From positions 3,680,001 to 3,744,000 of the forward strand of contig OZ244065.1 in NCBI GenBank assembly GCA_965215505.1: 64,000 nucleotides of DNA, read 5' to 3'. This stretch comes from Capsulimonadaceae bacterium (GTDB lineage: Bacteria; Armatimonadota; Armatimonadia; Armatimonadales; Capsulimonadaceae). The notes below the pieces were generated by a model. The model made no database searches and was not told the origin of the DNA. It worked only from the letters and a program-made list of their open reading frames with translations. The translations under genes were made by a program, and so were the position numbers. Below are positions 49,859-60,007 of the stretch, piece after piece (position 1 is the stretch's first letter; every line of letters begins with the position of its first letter).

Positions 49859-50416
49859 ATGACGCCGATCCCCATCCTGGACACGCCCCGCCTGCGCCTG
49901 CGGCCCCTGCGGCTCGCGGACGCGCCGCGCATCCAGGAGCTTTTCCCACAGTGGGATGTATTGGAGTTCATGGCGGCGGCGATCCCGTGGCCCTATCCCG
50001 AGGACGGTGCGCGTCAGTTCATTGAGAGTGTCCTGCCGAAGATTGAGGCGGGCACGCAGTACGATTGGGCGATCACGCTGAAGGCCGCCGGGGACGACCT
50101 GCTGATCGGGTCCATCGGCCTGTACCCCGAGGGGGCGGACAATCGAGGCTTCTGGCTCGGCAGAGGGTATCATCGTCAGGGGCTGATGACGGAGGCGATG
50201 GCCGCCGTCAATGACTTCGCCTTTGAGGTGCTTGGGATGCCGCACCTGACGCTGAACAACGCCGAGCCTAACCAGGGGTCGCACCGGCTGAAGGAAATTT
50301 CCGGGGCGAAGATCATCGCGGTCAACGACGACGTGCCTTATGTCGGAGGCCGGTTCCGGCAGGTCCAGTGGCGTCTGACGCGCGAGGATTGGGAGAGCCA
50401 CCGGGGCGCGCTTTGA
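49859..50416 (+). CDS. GNAT (RimJ/RimL-type) acetyltransferase
   Basis: TPRLRLRPL, PWPYP, GFWL..YHRQGLMTEA. Confidence 0.9.
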   Translation: MTPIPILDTPRLRLRPLRLADAPRIQELFPQWDVLEFMAAAIPWPYPEDGARQFIESVLPKIEAGTQYDWAITLKAAGDDLLIGSIGLYPEGADNRGFWLGRGYHRQGLMTEAMAAVNDFAFEVLGMPHLTLNNAEPNQGSHRLKEISGAKIIAVNDDVPYVGGRFRQVQWRLTREDWESHRGAL

Positions 50417-50498
50417 GCCATCGGCGTCGGGCCAGGGTTGTGGCAGATGGCTGCCCAGCGCGGGAGCAGTCCGGTCCATCGGTCCCGGCCCCAGGGTT

Positions 50499-50665
50499 CC
50501 CGGCCATGAATGGCCGGTCTACTCTTGCATGAAAGTCGCTCCGCGACTGGGGATGGGGCGCGGCAAAACCAAGGAGGGCGCGGTAAGCGGTGCCCCCACG
50601 CCCCGACTGTTCCTCAACCGCAGAGCGGTTTTCACTCAGGAGTAGCCCGGCCATTCATGGCCGGG
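50499..50665. repeat. Composite REPIN/MITE-like element
   Basis: Inverted relative of 20233-20428. Confidence 0.75.
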
Positions 50666-50695
50666 ACGCATGCCCCGGTGCCAATCAAACAGCCC

Positions 50696-51463
50696 ATGAA
50701 CACACCACCCCCAGTGCGACTCGCCATGTGGTCCGGCCCGCGCAACATCTCCACGGCGATGATGCGCTCCTGGGGCGGGCGGCCCGACACGTTCGTCTGC
50801 GACGAGCCGCTCTACGCCCACTACTTGCAGGCGACGGAACGCGACCACCCCGGAGCCGAGGAAGTCATCGCGGCGGGCGAGACCGACTGGCGCAGTGTGA
50901 CCGACTGGCTGACCGGGCCGGTGCCCGAGGGCAGGAGCATTTTCTACCAGAAGCACATGACCCACCACCTGCTGCCGGACATGGGCCGGGAGTGGCTGGC
51001 CGGCCTGGCGCATTGCTTCCTGATCCGCGAGCCGGGCGAGGTCATCACGTCGTACATCAAGAAGAGCCACGACCCGACCGTGGAGGATTTGGGCTTCACG
51101 CAGCAGGCGGAGATCTTCGACTGGGTGCGGCAGCAGACCGGCGCGACGCCGCCCGTCCTGGACGCCCGCGACGTGCTGGACGCCCCGGCGTTCACGCTGC
51201 GTCGTCTGTGCGAAACTTTGGGCATCGCGTTCCTGCCCGACGCCATGCTGTCCTGGGAACCGGGCCTGCGCGCGACGGACGGCGTGTGGGCGAAGCACTG
51301 GTATCCGGAGGTCCAAACCTCCACCGGCTTCCGCCCCTACAGCGCCAAGCCGGACGTGGTTCCCGAGCGCCTGCGCGGCGTCTATGAAGAATGCCGGGAG
51401 GCTTACGAGCGGCTGTATCCGTACCGCATTCAGCCGCCGGTGGAGGGGAAAGTGGGCCGATGA
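50696..51463 (+). CDS. Sulfotransferase-like P-loop protein (BCAT-like-associated)
   Basis: MWSGPRNISTAMMRS, DEPLY, YQKHM, WAKHWY. Confidence 0.85.
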   Translation: MNTPPPVRLAMWSGPRNISTAMMRSWGGRPDTFVCDEPLYAHYLQATERDHPGAEEVIAAGETDWRSVTDWLTGPVPEGRSIFYQKHMTHHLLPDMGREWLAGLAHCFLIREPGEVITSYIKKSHDPTVEDLGFTQQAEIFDWVRQQTGATPPVLDARDVLDAPAFTLRRLCETLGIAFLPDAMLSWEPGLRATDGVWAKHWYPEVQTSTGFRPYSAKPDVVPERLRGVYEECREAYERLYPYRIQPPVEGKVGR

Positions 51464-52359
51464 AGCAGCAGTTCAACGAGAAGAACCGTGACCTGATCGT
51501 CAACATCAACGGGCGTCTCGTCCACCGGGACGCGGCGGGCGTCAGCCCGTTCGACTCGGTCGCCCAGGGCGGGGATGCCGTCTGGGAGGGCCTGCGGCTC
51601 TATCAAGGGCGCATCTTCAAGCTTCACGAACACCTGGACCGGCTGCGCGACTCGGCCCAGGCGCTGGCCTTTAGTGAAATCCCGACGCAGGGCGACATAG
51701 TCACCGAAATCAGCAGGACGCTGGCGGCCAACGGCATGACGGACGGCGTCCACATCCGACTGACCCTGACGCGGGGGGTGAAGACCACCTCGGGCATGGA
51801 CCCGCGCCTGAACACGTCCGGGCCGACCCTGATCGTCCTGGCCGAACACAAGCCGCCGGTCTACGACAAGACCGGGCTGTCGCTCATCACCAGCAGCGTC
51901 CGCCGGTCCGGGCCGGACTCGCTGGACCCGAAGATCCACCACAACAATCTCCTGACCTCCATCCTTGCCAAGATCGAGGCCAACCACGCCGGGGCGGACG
52001 ACGCTTTGATGCTGGACGGGCGCGGCTTCGTCGCCGAGACCAACGCCACGCACGTCTTTCTGGTGCATCGGGGCCGTGTGCAGACGCCCCACGCCGTCGC
52101 CTGCCCGGAGGGCATCACGCGGGCGACGGTGCTGGAGATCTGCGCCGCCGAGGGCATCCCTTGGGCCGAGGCGGACCTTTCGCTGGCCGAGTTCTACCGG
52201 GCTGACGAGATGTTCTGCACCGGCACGATGGGCGAGCTTGCCGCCGTCACGCATCTCGACGGGCGCACCATCGGCAGCGGGGAGGCTGGGCCGATGACGG
52301 GCCGCCTCAGCGCCCTGTTCGCCGAGCGCACGGCGGCGGAAGGGGTTGCCGTGGTTTAA
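51460..52359 (+). CDS. Class IV aminotransferase (branched-chain/D-amino acid type)
   Basis: GDAVWEG, KIHHNNL, EGITR, FCTGTMGE. Confidence 0.9.
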   Translation: MKQQFNEKNRDLIVNINGRLVHRDAAGVSPFDSVAQGGDAVWEGLRLYQGRIFKLHEHLDRLRDSAQALAFSEIPTQGDIVTEISRTLAANGMTDGVHIRLTLTRGVKTTSGMDPRLNTSGPTLIVLAEHKPPVYDKTGLSLITSSVRRSGPDSLDPKIHHNNLLTSILAKIEANHAGADDALMLDGRGFVAETNATHVFLVHRGRVQTPHAVACPEGITRATVLEICAAEGIPWAEADLSLAEFYRADEMFCTGTMGELAAVTHLDGRTIGSGEAGPMTGRLSALFAERTAAEGVAVV

Positions 52360-52444
52360 CGGGAGGCGCGGGAGCGGAAGGGATTGAATGACGCCCGTAG
52401 GGGCGGGGTCCCCCCGCCCTCCTTGACCGATAGGAGCATCACAC

Positions 52445-53077
52445 ATGTCTGAATTCTCTTCCGAAGTCTTTCTCCTCCTGCACGGCTGGGGCGGCAACAA
52501 GCCCGCTCACTGGCAGGAACACCTCGCCGCCAAGCTCACCGAGGCCGGGGCGGACGTCCGCTACCCGAAGATGCCTGAGCCGATGAACCCGGAGCCGGGG
52601 GCATGGATGGAGGCCTTGCACGCGGCCCTCGAAGCGATCCCCGGCGACGCCACCCTGACCGTCCTGGCGCACTCGCTGGGGGCGATCAACTGGATGCACC
52701 ACGCCTCCATGTCCGAGGAGTCGTCGGAGCCGCACGTCGGCCCTCGGGCGGACCGCGTCCTGCTGGTCGCCCCGCCCTATGTCATCCGCGAGATCCCGCC
52801 GCTCGACGCGCCGACCGGGGCGGCCGACTTCTTCCCCCCGCCGCTTTCCAAAGCAGGCATCGCCTCCCTCGCGCACCAGACGGTGCTGGTCGCCTCGGAC
52901 ACCGACGACTATGCGACCTTCGACCAGGCATCGGCCTACGCCGCCGGGCTGGGCATAGACATCCAGAAGCTGCCCGGCGGCGGCCACATCTCGCCGTACT
53001 ACGGCTACGGCGAGTGGCCCTGGGTGCTGGACTGGGCCATGCGCCGTGCCGACCTGCCGCCGCTGCCGAACAAGTAG
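52445..53077 (+). CDS. Alpha/beta hydrolase (RBBP9/YdeN family)
   Basis: LHGWGGN..HWQ, AHSLG, SDTDDY, GGHI. Confidence 0.88.
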   Translation: MSEFSSEVFLLLHGWGGNKPAHWQEHLAAKLTEAGADVRYPKMPEPMNPEPGAWMEALHAALEAIPGDATLTVLAHSLGAINWMHHASMSEESSEPHVGPRADRVLLVAPPYVIREIPPLDAPTGAADFFPPPLSKAGIASLAHQTVLVASDTDDYATFDQASAYAAGLGIDIQKLPGGGHISPYYGYGEWPWVLDWAMRRADLPPLPNK

Positions 53078-53236
53078 CCTGATCCTAACCCCCGGTTTGT
53101 GAGGGAACACGGGTGATTTCAATCACTCGTCGCGTGCCGACGGCGGGGCATCTCGCCCATGCCCGTGTGCTATAATACCGAATAGAGGGGCGGCGTGGAC
53201 GCCGCCCCCCGAGCAGCACCGGCACGGAGACAGTTC

Positions 53237-55897
53237 ATGCCCGCTTTGCCGACCGAAACCCGAACCTTCCTGTTTACGGACATTCAGGGCAGCACGCGCC
53301 TGTGGGAGCGTCACCCGGAGGCCATGCGGCTGGCACTGGCCCGCCACGATGCCCTGCTGCGGGAGAGCATCGAGGCGCACGGCGGGCACGTCTTCAAGAC
53401 CGGCGGGGACTCCTTCCACGCCGCCTTCGCCCAGCCCCGCGCGGCACTCGCCGCCGCGCTGGCCGCCCAGACCGCCCTGCGCGCCGAACCCTGGCCGCTG
53501 CCCCCAGGCGCGATGCTCCTCGTCCGCGCCGCCCTGCACGTCGGCGTCGCCGAGGAGCGCGGCGGTGACTATTTCGGTGCCCCCCTCAGCCGCACCGTGC
53601 GCCTGCTGAATGCCGCGCACGGCGGCCAGACCCTCGTCTCCCAGGCACTGGCCGCCCAGGCGGACGGGGCGCTGGCCCCGGAGGCCGCCCTGCGCTCGCT
53701 GGGCCACCACCGCCTGAAGGACCTGGCCGAGCCGCAGGAGGTCTTCCAGCTCACCCACCCCGATCTGCCCGACGCCTTCCCGCCCCTGCGCTCGCTCGAA
53801 TCCTTCACCCACAACCTGCCCTCCCAGCTCTCCAGCTTCATCGGGCGCACGCAGGAAGTCGCCGACGCCCGGCGTCTGCTGGCGGGGACGCGGCTGCTGA
53901 CGCTGACCGGCACGGGCGGGGCGGGCAAGACGCGGCTGGCCTTGCAGGTGGCCGCCGAGGTGATCGAGGAGTACCCCGGCGGCGTGTGGCTCATAGACCT
54001 GGCCCCGCTGACCGACCCCGCTCTCCTGCCCCAGGCTGTGGCCTCGGTTCTGGGAATCGGTGAGGAGGGCGGGGAGCGGACTCTGGTGCAGACCTTGACG
54101 GACGCCCTGCGCCCGAAGTCGGTGCTGCTGGTTTGGGACAACTGCGAGCATCTGATCCTCGCCTGCGCGCGTCTGGCGGAGACCCTGCTGCGGGCCTGCC
54201 CCGGCCTGCGCCTGCTGGCGACCAGCCGGGAGGCTCTGGAAGTCGGCGGCGAGTCCGTCCTTGCCGTCTCCTCGCTCGCCCTGCCGCCCGGCCCCTCGGC
54301 GGGCGGGCGGGCCGCCACCGCCGAAGCCGTGGCCGGCTGCGACTCGGTGCGGCTGTTCGTGGACCGGGCGGCGGCGGCCCTGCCCGCCTTCCGCCTGAGC
54401 GACGCCAACGCCGCCGCCGTGGCCCAGGTCTGCGCCCGGCTCGACGGCATCCCCCTGGCCCTGGAGCTGGCCGCCGCCCGCGTGCGCGTCCTGACCCCCG
54501 AGCAGATCGCCGCCCGCCTCGACGACCGCTTCCGCCTGCTGGCGGGCGGATCGCGGACCGCCCTGCCCCGCCAGCAGACGTTGCGCGCCCTGATTGACTG
54601 GTCCTATGACCTGCTGCCGCCGCCCGAGCAGGCGCTGCTGCGCCGCCTGTCCGTGTTCGCCGGGGGCTGGCCCTTGGAGGCCGCCGAGGCGGTGTGCGTC
54701 GGTGAAGATGTGGAAGACTGGGAGGTCCTGGACCTGCTCTCCCGCCTGGTGGCGAAGTCGCTGGTGGTGGTGGAACCCCCCGAGGCGGGGCGGGTGCGCT
54801 ACCGGCTGCTTGAGAACCTGCGCTCGTATGCGCGCGAGCGGCTGGCGGAGACGGGGGAGGGGGGCGCTCTGGCGGGGCGTCACGCCGACTGGTTCCTGGC
54901 CTTCGCGGAGGAGGCGGAGCCGCGCCTGTCGGGGCCGGAGCAGGCGTCGTGGCTGGACCGGCTGGAGCGGGACCACGACAACCTGCGCGCCGCCCTCGCC
55001 TTCAGCCATGACGACGCGGGCGGCGTCGAGGCCGGCCTGCGCCTGGCGGGGTCCTTGTGGAAGTTCTGGTGGATGCGCGGCTACTTCAGCGAAGGCCGGG
55101 CATATTTAGGGCGGGCGCTGGCACTGCGTGGGGATAGTGCCCCCTCGCTCCGCGCCAAAGCGTTAAGCCGAATGGGGATACTCGCGGAAGCGCAGGGCGA
55201 TTACGCGGCGGCGACTGCCAGCTACGAGGAAGGCCTGGGCATCCACAGAGGTCTTGGAGACACATTGAGCGTCGCCTCGATACTGACCAACCTGGGCAAT
55301 GTCGCCTCGTCTCAGGAAGATTGGGCGAGCGCGCAGGACTACTATGAGCAAAGCCTTGTCGTTTTCCGCGCCCAGGCGGACGAGAAACGGACGGCGATTC
55401 TCCTGATGAACGTCGGCATCGTGGCGACTCATCGGCAGGAGTATGCCGAGGCCCATTCTCTGTATGAAGAAAGCCTTGAAATCTTCCGCAGACGCCAGGA
55501 CCTCGGTCCGCTTTCCTCTGTGCTGCTGAACCTAGGCGATCTCGCCTGCAATCAAAAGGAATATGCATCGGCCCGCGCTTATCTGTTTGAGGGGCTTAAG
55601 ATCGCAGAAAAGATCGGTGAGAAAGAGTGTATCGCCTCAATCTTGACGACGCTCGGGTATACTGCATGGCCTCTGGGCCAGTATGAACAGGCAGCCAAGC
55701 TGTTCGGAGCCGCCGCCGCAATACGCGCATCCGCAGGTTCCTCGCTTGCGCCGCGTAATCAGTCGTCCTTTGAGGAGAACATCGCCACCGTCCGGGCGAA
55801 ACTCGGTGAGGAAAAGTTTCGGACCGCATGGAAGCAGGGGGAAGGAGCCAAACTGAGGCAGATCGTTAATGAACTGCTCTCAACCCAGGACAGGTAA
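53237..55897 (+). CDS. Class III adenylate/guanylate cyclase - STAND ATPase - TPR protein
   Basis: FTDIQGST, GDS; GTGGAGKT, LLVWDNCEH, LDGIPLALELAAAR; C-terminal TPRs. Confidence 0.92.
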   Translation: MPALPTETRTFLFTDIQGSTRLWERHPEAMRLALARHDALLRESIEAHGGHVFKTGGDSFHAAFAQPRAALAAALAAQTALRAEPWPLPPGAMLLVRAALHVGVAEERGGDYFGAPLSRTVRLLNAAHGGQTLVSQALAAQADGALAPEAALRSLGHHRLKDLAEPQEVFQLTHPDLPDAFPPLRSLESFTHNLPSQLSSFIGRTQEVADARRLLAGTRLLTLTGTGGAGKTRLALQVAAEVIEEYPGGVWLIDLAPLTDPALLPQAVASVLGIGEEGGERTLVQTLTDALRPKSVLLVWDNCEHLILACARLAETLLRACPGLRLLATSREALEVGGESVLAVSSLALPPGPSAGGRAATAEAVAGCDSVRLFVDRAAAALPAFRLSDANAAAVAQVCARLDGIPLALELAAARVRVLTPEQIAARLDDRFRLLAGGSRTALPRQQTLRALIDWSYDLLPPPEQALLRRLSVFAGGWPLEAAEAVCVGEDVEDWEVLDLLSRLVAKSLVVVEPPEAGRVRYRLLENLRSYARERLAETGEGGALAGRHADWFLAFAEEAEPRLSGPEQASWLDRLERDHDNLRAALAFSHDDAGGVEAGLRLAGSLWKFWWMRGYFSEGRAYLGRALALRGDSAPSLRAKALSRMGILAEAQGDYAAATASYEEGLGIHRGLGDTLSVASILTNLGNVASSQEDWASAQDYYEQSLVVFRAQADEKRTAILLMNVGIVATHRQEYAEAHSLYEESLEIFRRRQDLGPLSSVLLNLGDLACNQKEYASARAYLFEGLKIAEKIGEKECIASILTTLGYTAWPLGQYEQAAKLFGAAAAIRASAGSSLAPRNQSSFEENIATVRAKLGEEKFRTAWKQGEGAKLRQIVNELLSTQDR

Positions 55898-55954
55898 GTA
55901 CGTTGCAAGTCACGAACACCCATCAACCGCAGTAAGACTTCAAAGGAGATTATC

Positions 55955-56500
55955 ATGTCCGACCCTCAGCAGCCTACCACAGTGCCCGCCCCCGGCCCAC
56001 CCCCTACAGACCCGCCGCCCGGCGTCACGATGCACTGGCCGGTCGAGGGGGCCGACATCATTGTCGGTACTCCGGCCCCCGACAATGTCCGCCGCCGCAA
56101 GCTGTCCGTGGTCCCGGTGACCTTCAAGATCAAGCTCGACCCGAAGCTGAAACTGAGCGAGGTCGTGGTCCTCTCGCTGCTCTACGTCGTCAACGGGTCC
56201 CTGGACTACTCGGGGCTGTTCTCGCAGGTGGAGATCAACAGCCACAGCACCGTCACCTTCCCGCCCGGCGTGACGGAGGCCGAGGTCGTCCTGCACACGC
56301 TGCCGCTGGCCCCCGGCGCGACGTTCGATCTGGAGGTGGTCGCCTACCCGGCCAGCGCCGAAGGCGTCATCGCCCTCCCGCCGGGGCAGGCGGACGCCGA
56401 GGACAAGAGCCTGAAGGCGCTCAACGCACTCGCGACCACTGCCCTGGTGACCGCCCTCGGCGCACTGGCCTTCGCCCTGCTGCGGCGGCCGAAAGACTGA
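55955..56500 (+). CDS. Hypothetical beta-rich protein with a C-terminal TM anchor
   Basis: AAAGGAG RBS; host-like codon bias; followed by a hairpin. Confidence 0.75.
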   Translation: MSDPQQPTTVPAPGPPPTDPPPGVTMHWPVEGADIIVGTPAPDNVRRRKLSVVPVTFKIKLDPKLKLSEVVVLSLLYVVNGSLDYSGLFSQVEINSHSTVTFPPGVTEAEVVLHTLPLAPGATFDLEVVAYPASAEGVIALPPGQADAEDKSLKALNALATTALVTALGALAFALLRRPKD

Positions 56501-56527
56501 GCGGACGGGAGACGGATGCGACACGGG

Positions 56528-56559
56528 AACGCCCCGGCCTTGTGGAAGGCCGGGCGTTT
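56528..56559 (+). terminator. Probable intrinsic terminator
   Basis: AACGCCCCGGCCTT-GTGG-AAGGCCGGGCGTTT. Confidence 0.55.
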
Positions 56560-56684
56560 GCCGTCAAGAAGGAGTGTGCCGGCCCATCAGTGCTGCGGAG
56601 GGGCGAAGCCGAGGAAAAAGAGGGCGAGGGGGGAAGGAGGGTTGGCGGACCCGGCCCCTACAGGGACGGCATCATTCGGGCCGC

Positions 56685-56747
56685 GTAGGGGTGCCGCTTG
56701 CCGCGCCCTTTTCTCTTGCCGCGCCCTTTTCTCTTGCCGCGCCCTTC
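56685..56747. repeat. GTAG-type REP with an 18-nt tandem tail
   Basis: GCCGCGCCCTT starts at 56700, 56718 and 56736. Confidence 0.75.
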
Positions 56748-56782
56748 CGTTTGTGTCGGCTTCTCCTGCCTGGAAATAGCCC

Positions 56783-58927
56783 TCACGGGTCCACGGTGAA
56801 CAGGCCGACGCGCGCCCAGCCCTCTTTCCCGATGGGCGCGAGCGGCGCGTCGCTGTCCAAAAGGCCCGTCCGCAGGTCGCGCAGGAGGGGACGCTTGCCG
56901 CTCTTCCAGACCGTCACGGCCTCGACGGCGGGCGGGGCAAGGACCAGCAGCAAAAGCTGGTCGGTCGCCCGGCAGACCAGCGGCAGCCAGTCCGCCCACC
57001 GCTCGCCCGGCGCGTCCCCGCCGGCGGGCTGGACGCGCAGGCCCGGCGCGGCGGCGGGGTCGGGGGCGAAGACGCGCCAGCCCAGCGTCACGGCGGGGGC
57101 GTCGAAATCGAGCTTCGACTCGGGCGCAAGCCCGGCCAGGGCGACGAGGGCCGACTGGTGGGCGGCGATCGACCGCCAGTTCGCCGCGCGTGAGGCTTGC
57201 GGCACCTGTCCCAAGGCGGCGAAGGCGCAGCGCAGGTAGGAAACGTCGCGGGTCAGCCCGAACAGGCCGAAAGCCGCCTGGGCGCAGTCGTACAGACCGG
57301 CGTGCAGGCCGTCCGGGCTGAGGGAGGGGAGGTCCGGGCGGAGCGGCAGCAGGCGCAGCCACGCCCCCCACTCGGCCAGGGCGTCCCGCAGGCGCGGGTT
57401 CGGGGCCTCGGCGTCCAGGGCCAGCAGGGACAGGACGACGCCCGCGACGGCGGCGGGGGGCTGCGCGTCGAACTCGCGCAGCCGCCCGGCCAGCAGGAAG
57501 TCAGCGGCCTTCCAGGCGGCCTTGATCCAGACCTCGACGTGCGTCGCCCGGTAGGCCAGCACGAAGGCGCGGATCGCCTCGGCCCCGTCTAAAGCGCAGG
57601 GCTGCGGCAGGGCGCGGCCGTCGCCTTCCAGCCCGCGCGTCGCCCGGAAGCGCGCGCCGTCGTAGAAGCCCGCCTCGTTCTGCTTCAGCAGGAGCCACTG
57701 GCAGATGTTTAAAGCAGACTGACGCAGCAGCGGCTCGCGGGTCTCCTCGTGCAGCAGGAACAGGGACCGGGCCAGGCGGGCATTGGAGGAAAGCCCGTGC
57801 GTCTGGCCGTCCGCGAAGTCGGTGCCGACTCCGGCCGTCAGTTTGTCCCAGAACGCTCCTTTATTCGGCTCCGCCTCCTCCCCCCGGCCCATCACCTGGA
57901 AGTCGGCGCACAGGCCGCGCGACCCGAAGCGGACCAGGCGCGGGATGCCCGGCGTGTCGTGCAGGCGGTTCCAGTCCCAGAAGGCTTTCAAAGCCCCCGC
58001 CGGCTCGTGCGGGAAGCCCGCGAAGTGGCTGCCCTCCTCACCGGCCACCGGCGGCTTGAGGTACAGCCGCTCCATGCCCTGCACGTCGTAGGCCTCGGGC
58101 GCGGTCAGCCGCATCAGGGCGTCGGCCGGGTCGAGCGGCGTGACCGTCTCCAAGGGGTGCAGGGTCGCCCAGCCCGCGCACTGCTTCACCAGAGCGGCGC
58201 GCGCCTCGCCCGCCAATTTGGCCGCCCCGAAACGCAGGCCGAAGGCGATCAGCTTGCCGCCGCCGAACGGAAAGGCGGGATAGTCTATCGTCCACCCGCC
58301 TGCCTCGCTCCAGGAGGCCGCGCCGTCCCCCCCCGTCACCAGGCCGAGGCAGTGCGCGCTGTAGGCCGACCAGGCGCTCCCTGCACTGTACCCGGCATCG
58401 GGGGAACTGACATTGGGGGGGGCGGGGAGCGTCCACAACTCGGGCCGGAACAGCGGCGAGGCCAGCTCGATCCGCAGCGCCCCGCTCCGGCGCGGGGTCG
58501 TCCGCACGCGCATCTCCACCCGGAACGCGCCCTCGTCGCCGGGCTGGGGCAGCCAGCGCATCTCCCAGGCGAGGGTGCCGCCGTCCGCCCCCAGCCGCCG
58601 CTCGCCGCCCAGGCCGAGCTGCCCGCCCCGGCGTGACTCGTGCCAGTCGATGGTCAGCGGGTAGGCCTCGCCCTTGACGGTGACGGTGGCGAGGGGCCGC
58701 AGGACGCCGGTTTCGAGCAGGGGGGCGGTGACTTTTGCCCCGCCCCGGCTGCGGGCGGCGACGGCGAGCTGCCAGGTCGGGCGCAGGCCGTTCCCGCCCA
58801 GGGTGAAGGCGGCCCACAGGCTGCTCTTCCGGCCCAGCCGGTAGAGGACGGGCGCGTCGGGACCGGGCAGGGCGGGGGTGGGCAGGGCGGTCGTCATGGG
58901 TTTGGCGGGGGGTGTGGTTTCGGTCAT
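56783..58927 (-). CDS. Hypothetical protein, possible (alpha/alpha)6 barrel in the C-terminal half
   Basis: 714-aa ORF with host codon bias; repeated helix motifs (ICQWLL.KQNEAG, AADFLL). Confidence 0.7.
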   Translation of the reverse strand: MTETTPPAKPMTTALPTPALPGPDAPVLYRLGRKSSLWAAFTLGGNGLRPTWQLAVAARSRGGAKVTAPLLETGVLRPLATVTVKGEAYPLTIDWHESRRGGQLGLGGERRLGADGGTLAWEMRWLPQPGDEGAFRVEMRVRTTPRRSGALRIELASPLFRPELWTLPAPPNVSSPDAGYSAGSAWSAYSAHCLGLVTGGDGAASWSEAGGWTIDYPAFPFGGGKLIAFGLRFGAAKLAGEARAALVKQCAGWATLHPLETVTPLDPADALMRLTAPEAYDVQGMERLYLKPPVAGEEGSHFAGFPHEPAGALKAFWDWNRLHDTPGIPRLVRFGSRGLCADFQVMGRGEEAEPNKGAFWDKLTAGVGTDFADGQTHGLSSNARLARSLFLLHEETREPLLRQSALNICQWLLLKQNEAGFYDGARFRATRGLEGDGRALPQPCALDGAEAIRAFVLAYRATHVEVWIKAAWKAADFLLAGRLREFDAQPPAAVAGVVLSLLALDAEAPNPRLRDALAEWGAWLRLLPLRPDLPSLSPDGLHAGLYDCAQAAFGLFGLTRDVSYLRCAFAALGQVPQASRAANWRSIAAHQSALVALAGLAPESKLDFDAPAVTLGWRVFAPDPAAAPGLRVQPAGGDAPGERWADWLPLVCRATDQLLLLVLAPPAVEAVTVWKSGKRPLLRDLRTGLLDSDAPLAPIGKEGWARVGLFTVDP

Positions 58928-58955
58928 GGTGTTGATGATGCCCGACCGGTGCGGG

Positions 58956-59020
58956 AGGGCGGGGGGACCCCGCCCCTACGGGCATTATTTGTCGGCGTAG
59001 GGGCGGGGTCCCCCCGCCCT
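58956..59020. repeat. Inverted pair of GTAG REPs; same sequence as 52397-52420
   Basis: GTAGGGGCGGGGTCCCCCCGCCCT. Confidence 0.8.
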
Positions 59021-59061
59021 CCTACTTCATCATTCCTTTGCCCGCTTGTGCGGCTGATCGC

Positions 59062-59913
59062 CTACGCCGCCGCCGCGGCATAGGACTCGATCTCCAGGCG
59101 CTTGAAGACCAGGGCTTCCAGCAGCTCGGCCAGGGCCGCTTCGTTCAGGCTGAAATACTCCAAGATCACCGGGTCCATCTCGCGCATCAGGCAGTCCCCG
59201 CCGCTGCCGATGTTCGAGCGGTGGGCCAGGACGTTCGCCAGGTAGACGATGGCGGCCAGGTCGAAGGAGGTCTGCGCCCGCGTCGGGTGGTGGTGGAACT
59301 CGACCGCCTCGACGACCGGGGCGGGCAGTCCCCACCTCCCCAGCACCCACGCGCCGAGGGCCGGGTGGGACAGCCCCAAGACCTTCTTCTCGGCGTCGTA
59401 CATCGCCAGCCCCTCGCCGCGCACCGCGCCCATGATCTCGCCCAGCCCCTGCGGGATGAAGCGGGCCAGGATGATCTTGCCGAGGTCGTGCAGCAGGGCC
59501 GCCGTGAAGGCCTTCTCGGACTGCGGGTAGCGGGCGCGCTTGGCGATCAGCTTGGCGGCCGTCGCGGTCGTGACCGAGTGCTTCCACAAAGCGTTCAGGT
59601 CGAAGCCGGTCCCCTGGATGCGGAACATGTCGAAGACGGCGGCGGCCAGCAGCGCGTTCTTGAGGGTCGCGAAGCCGAGCAGCGTGACCGCCTGCGGGAT
59701 GTTGGCGATCTTCTGCCGGAACCCGTAGTAGGAGGAGTTGGCGAGTTTGAGGACCTTGGCGGCCATGGCCGGGTCCGACTGGATGACGCGGGCGAGGTCC
59801 GAGGCGGAGCAGAACGGGTCCTCGATCATCTGCATGACGCGCAGGACGCTTGCGGGCAGCGTGGGCACGTCGGAGATGCGGGACAGCAGGCTTTCCAGGT
59901 ACGGGTTCTTCAT
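59062..59913 (-). CDS. HDOD-domain signalling protein
   Basis: VPTLP, DPAMAAKVLKLANSSYYG, LLHDLGK, HHHP. Confidence 0.93.
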   Translation of the reverse strand: MKNPYLESLLSRISDVPTLPASVLRVMQMIEDPFCSASDLARVIQSDPAMAAKVLKLANSSYYGFRQKIANIPQAVTLLGFATLKNALLAAAVFDMFRIQGTGFDLNALWKHSVTTATAAKLIAKRARYPQSEKAFTAALLHDLGKIILARFIPQGLGEIMGAVRGEGLAMYDAEKKVLGLSHPALGAWVLGRWGLPAPVVEAVEFHHHPTRAQTSFDLAAIVYLANVLAHRSNIGSGGDCLMREMDPVILEYFSLNEAALAELLEALVFKRLEIESYAAAAA

Positions 59914-60007
59914 GGTATTGCTTTTCGCGTTTTCTTCATTGAGCGGTCACGCCCGCATCAACGTATGGAAACTCCAGGGTGTGGAGAGGGTGGTCAGATA
60001 CCCTGGA

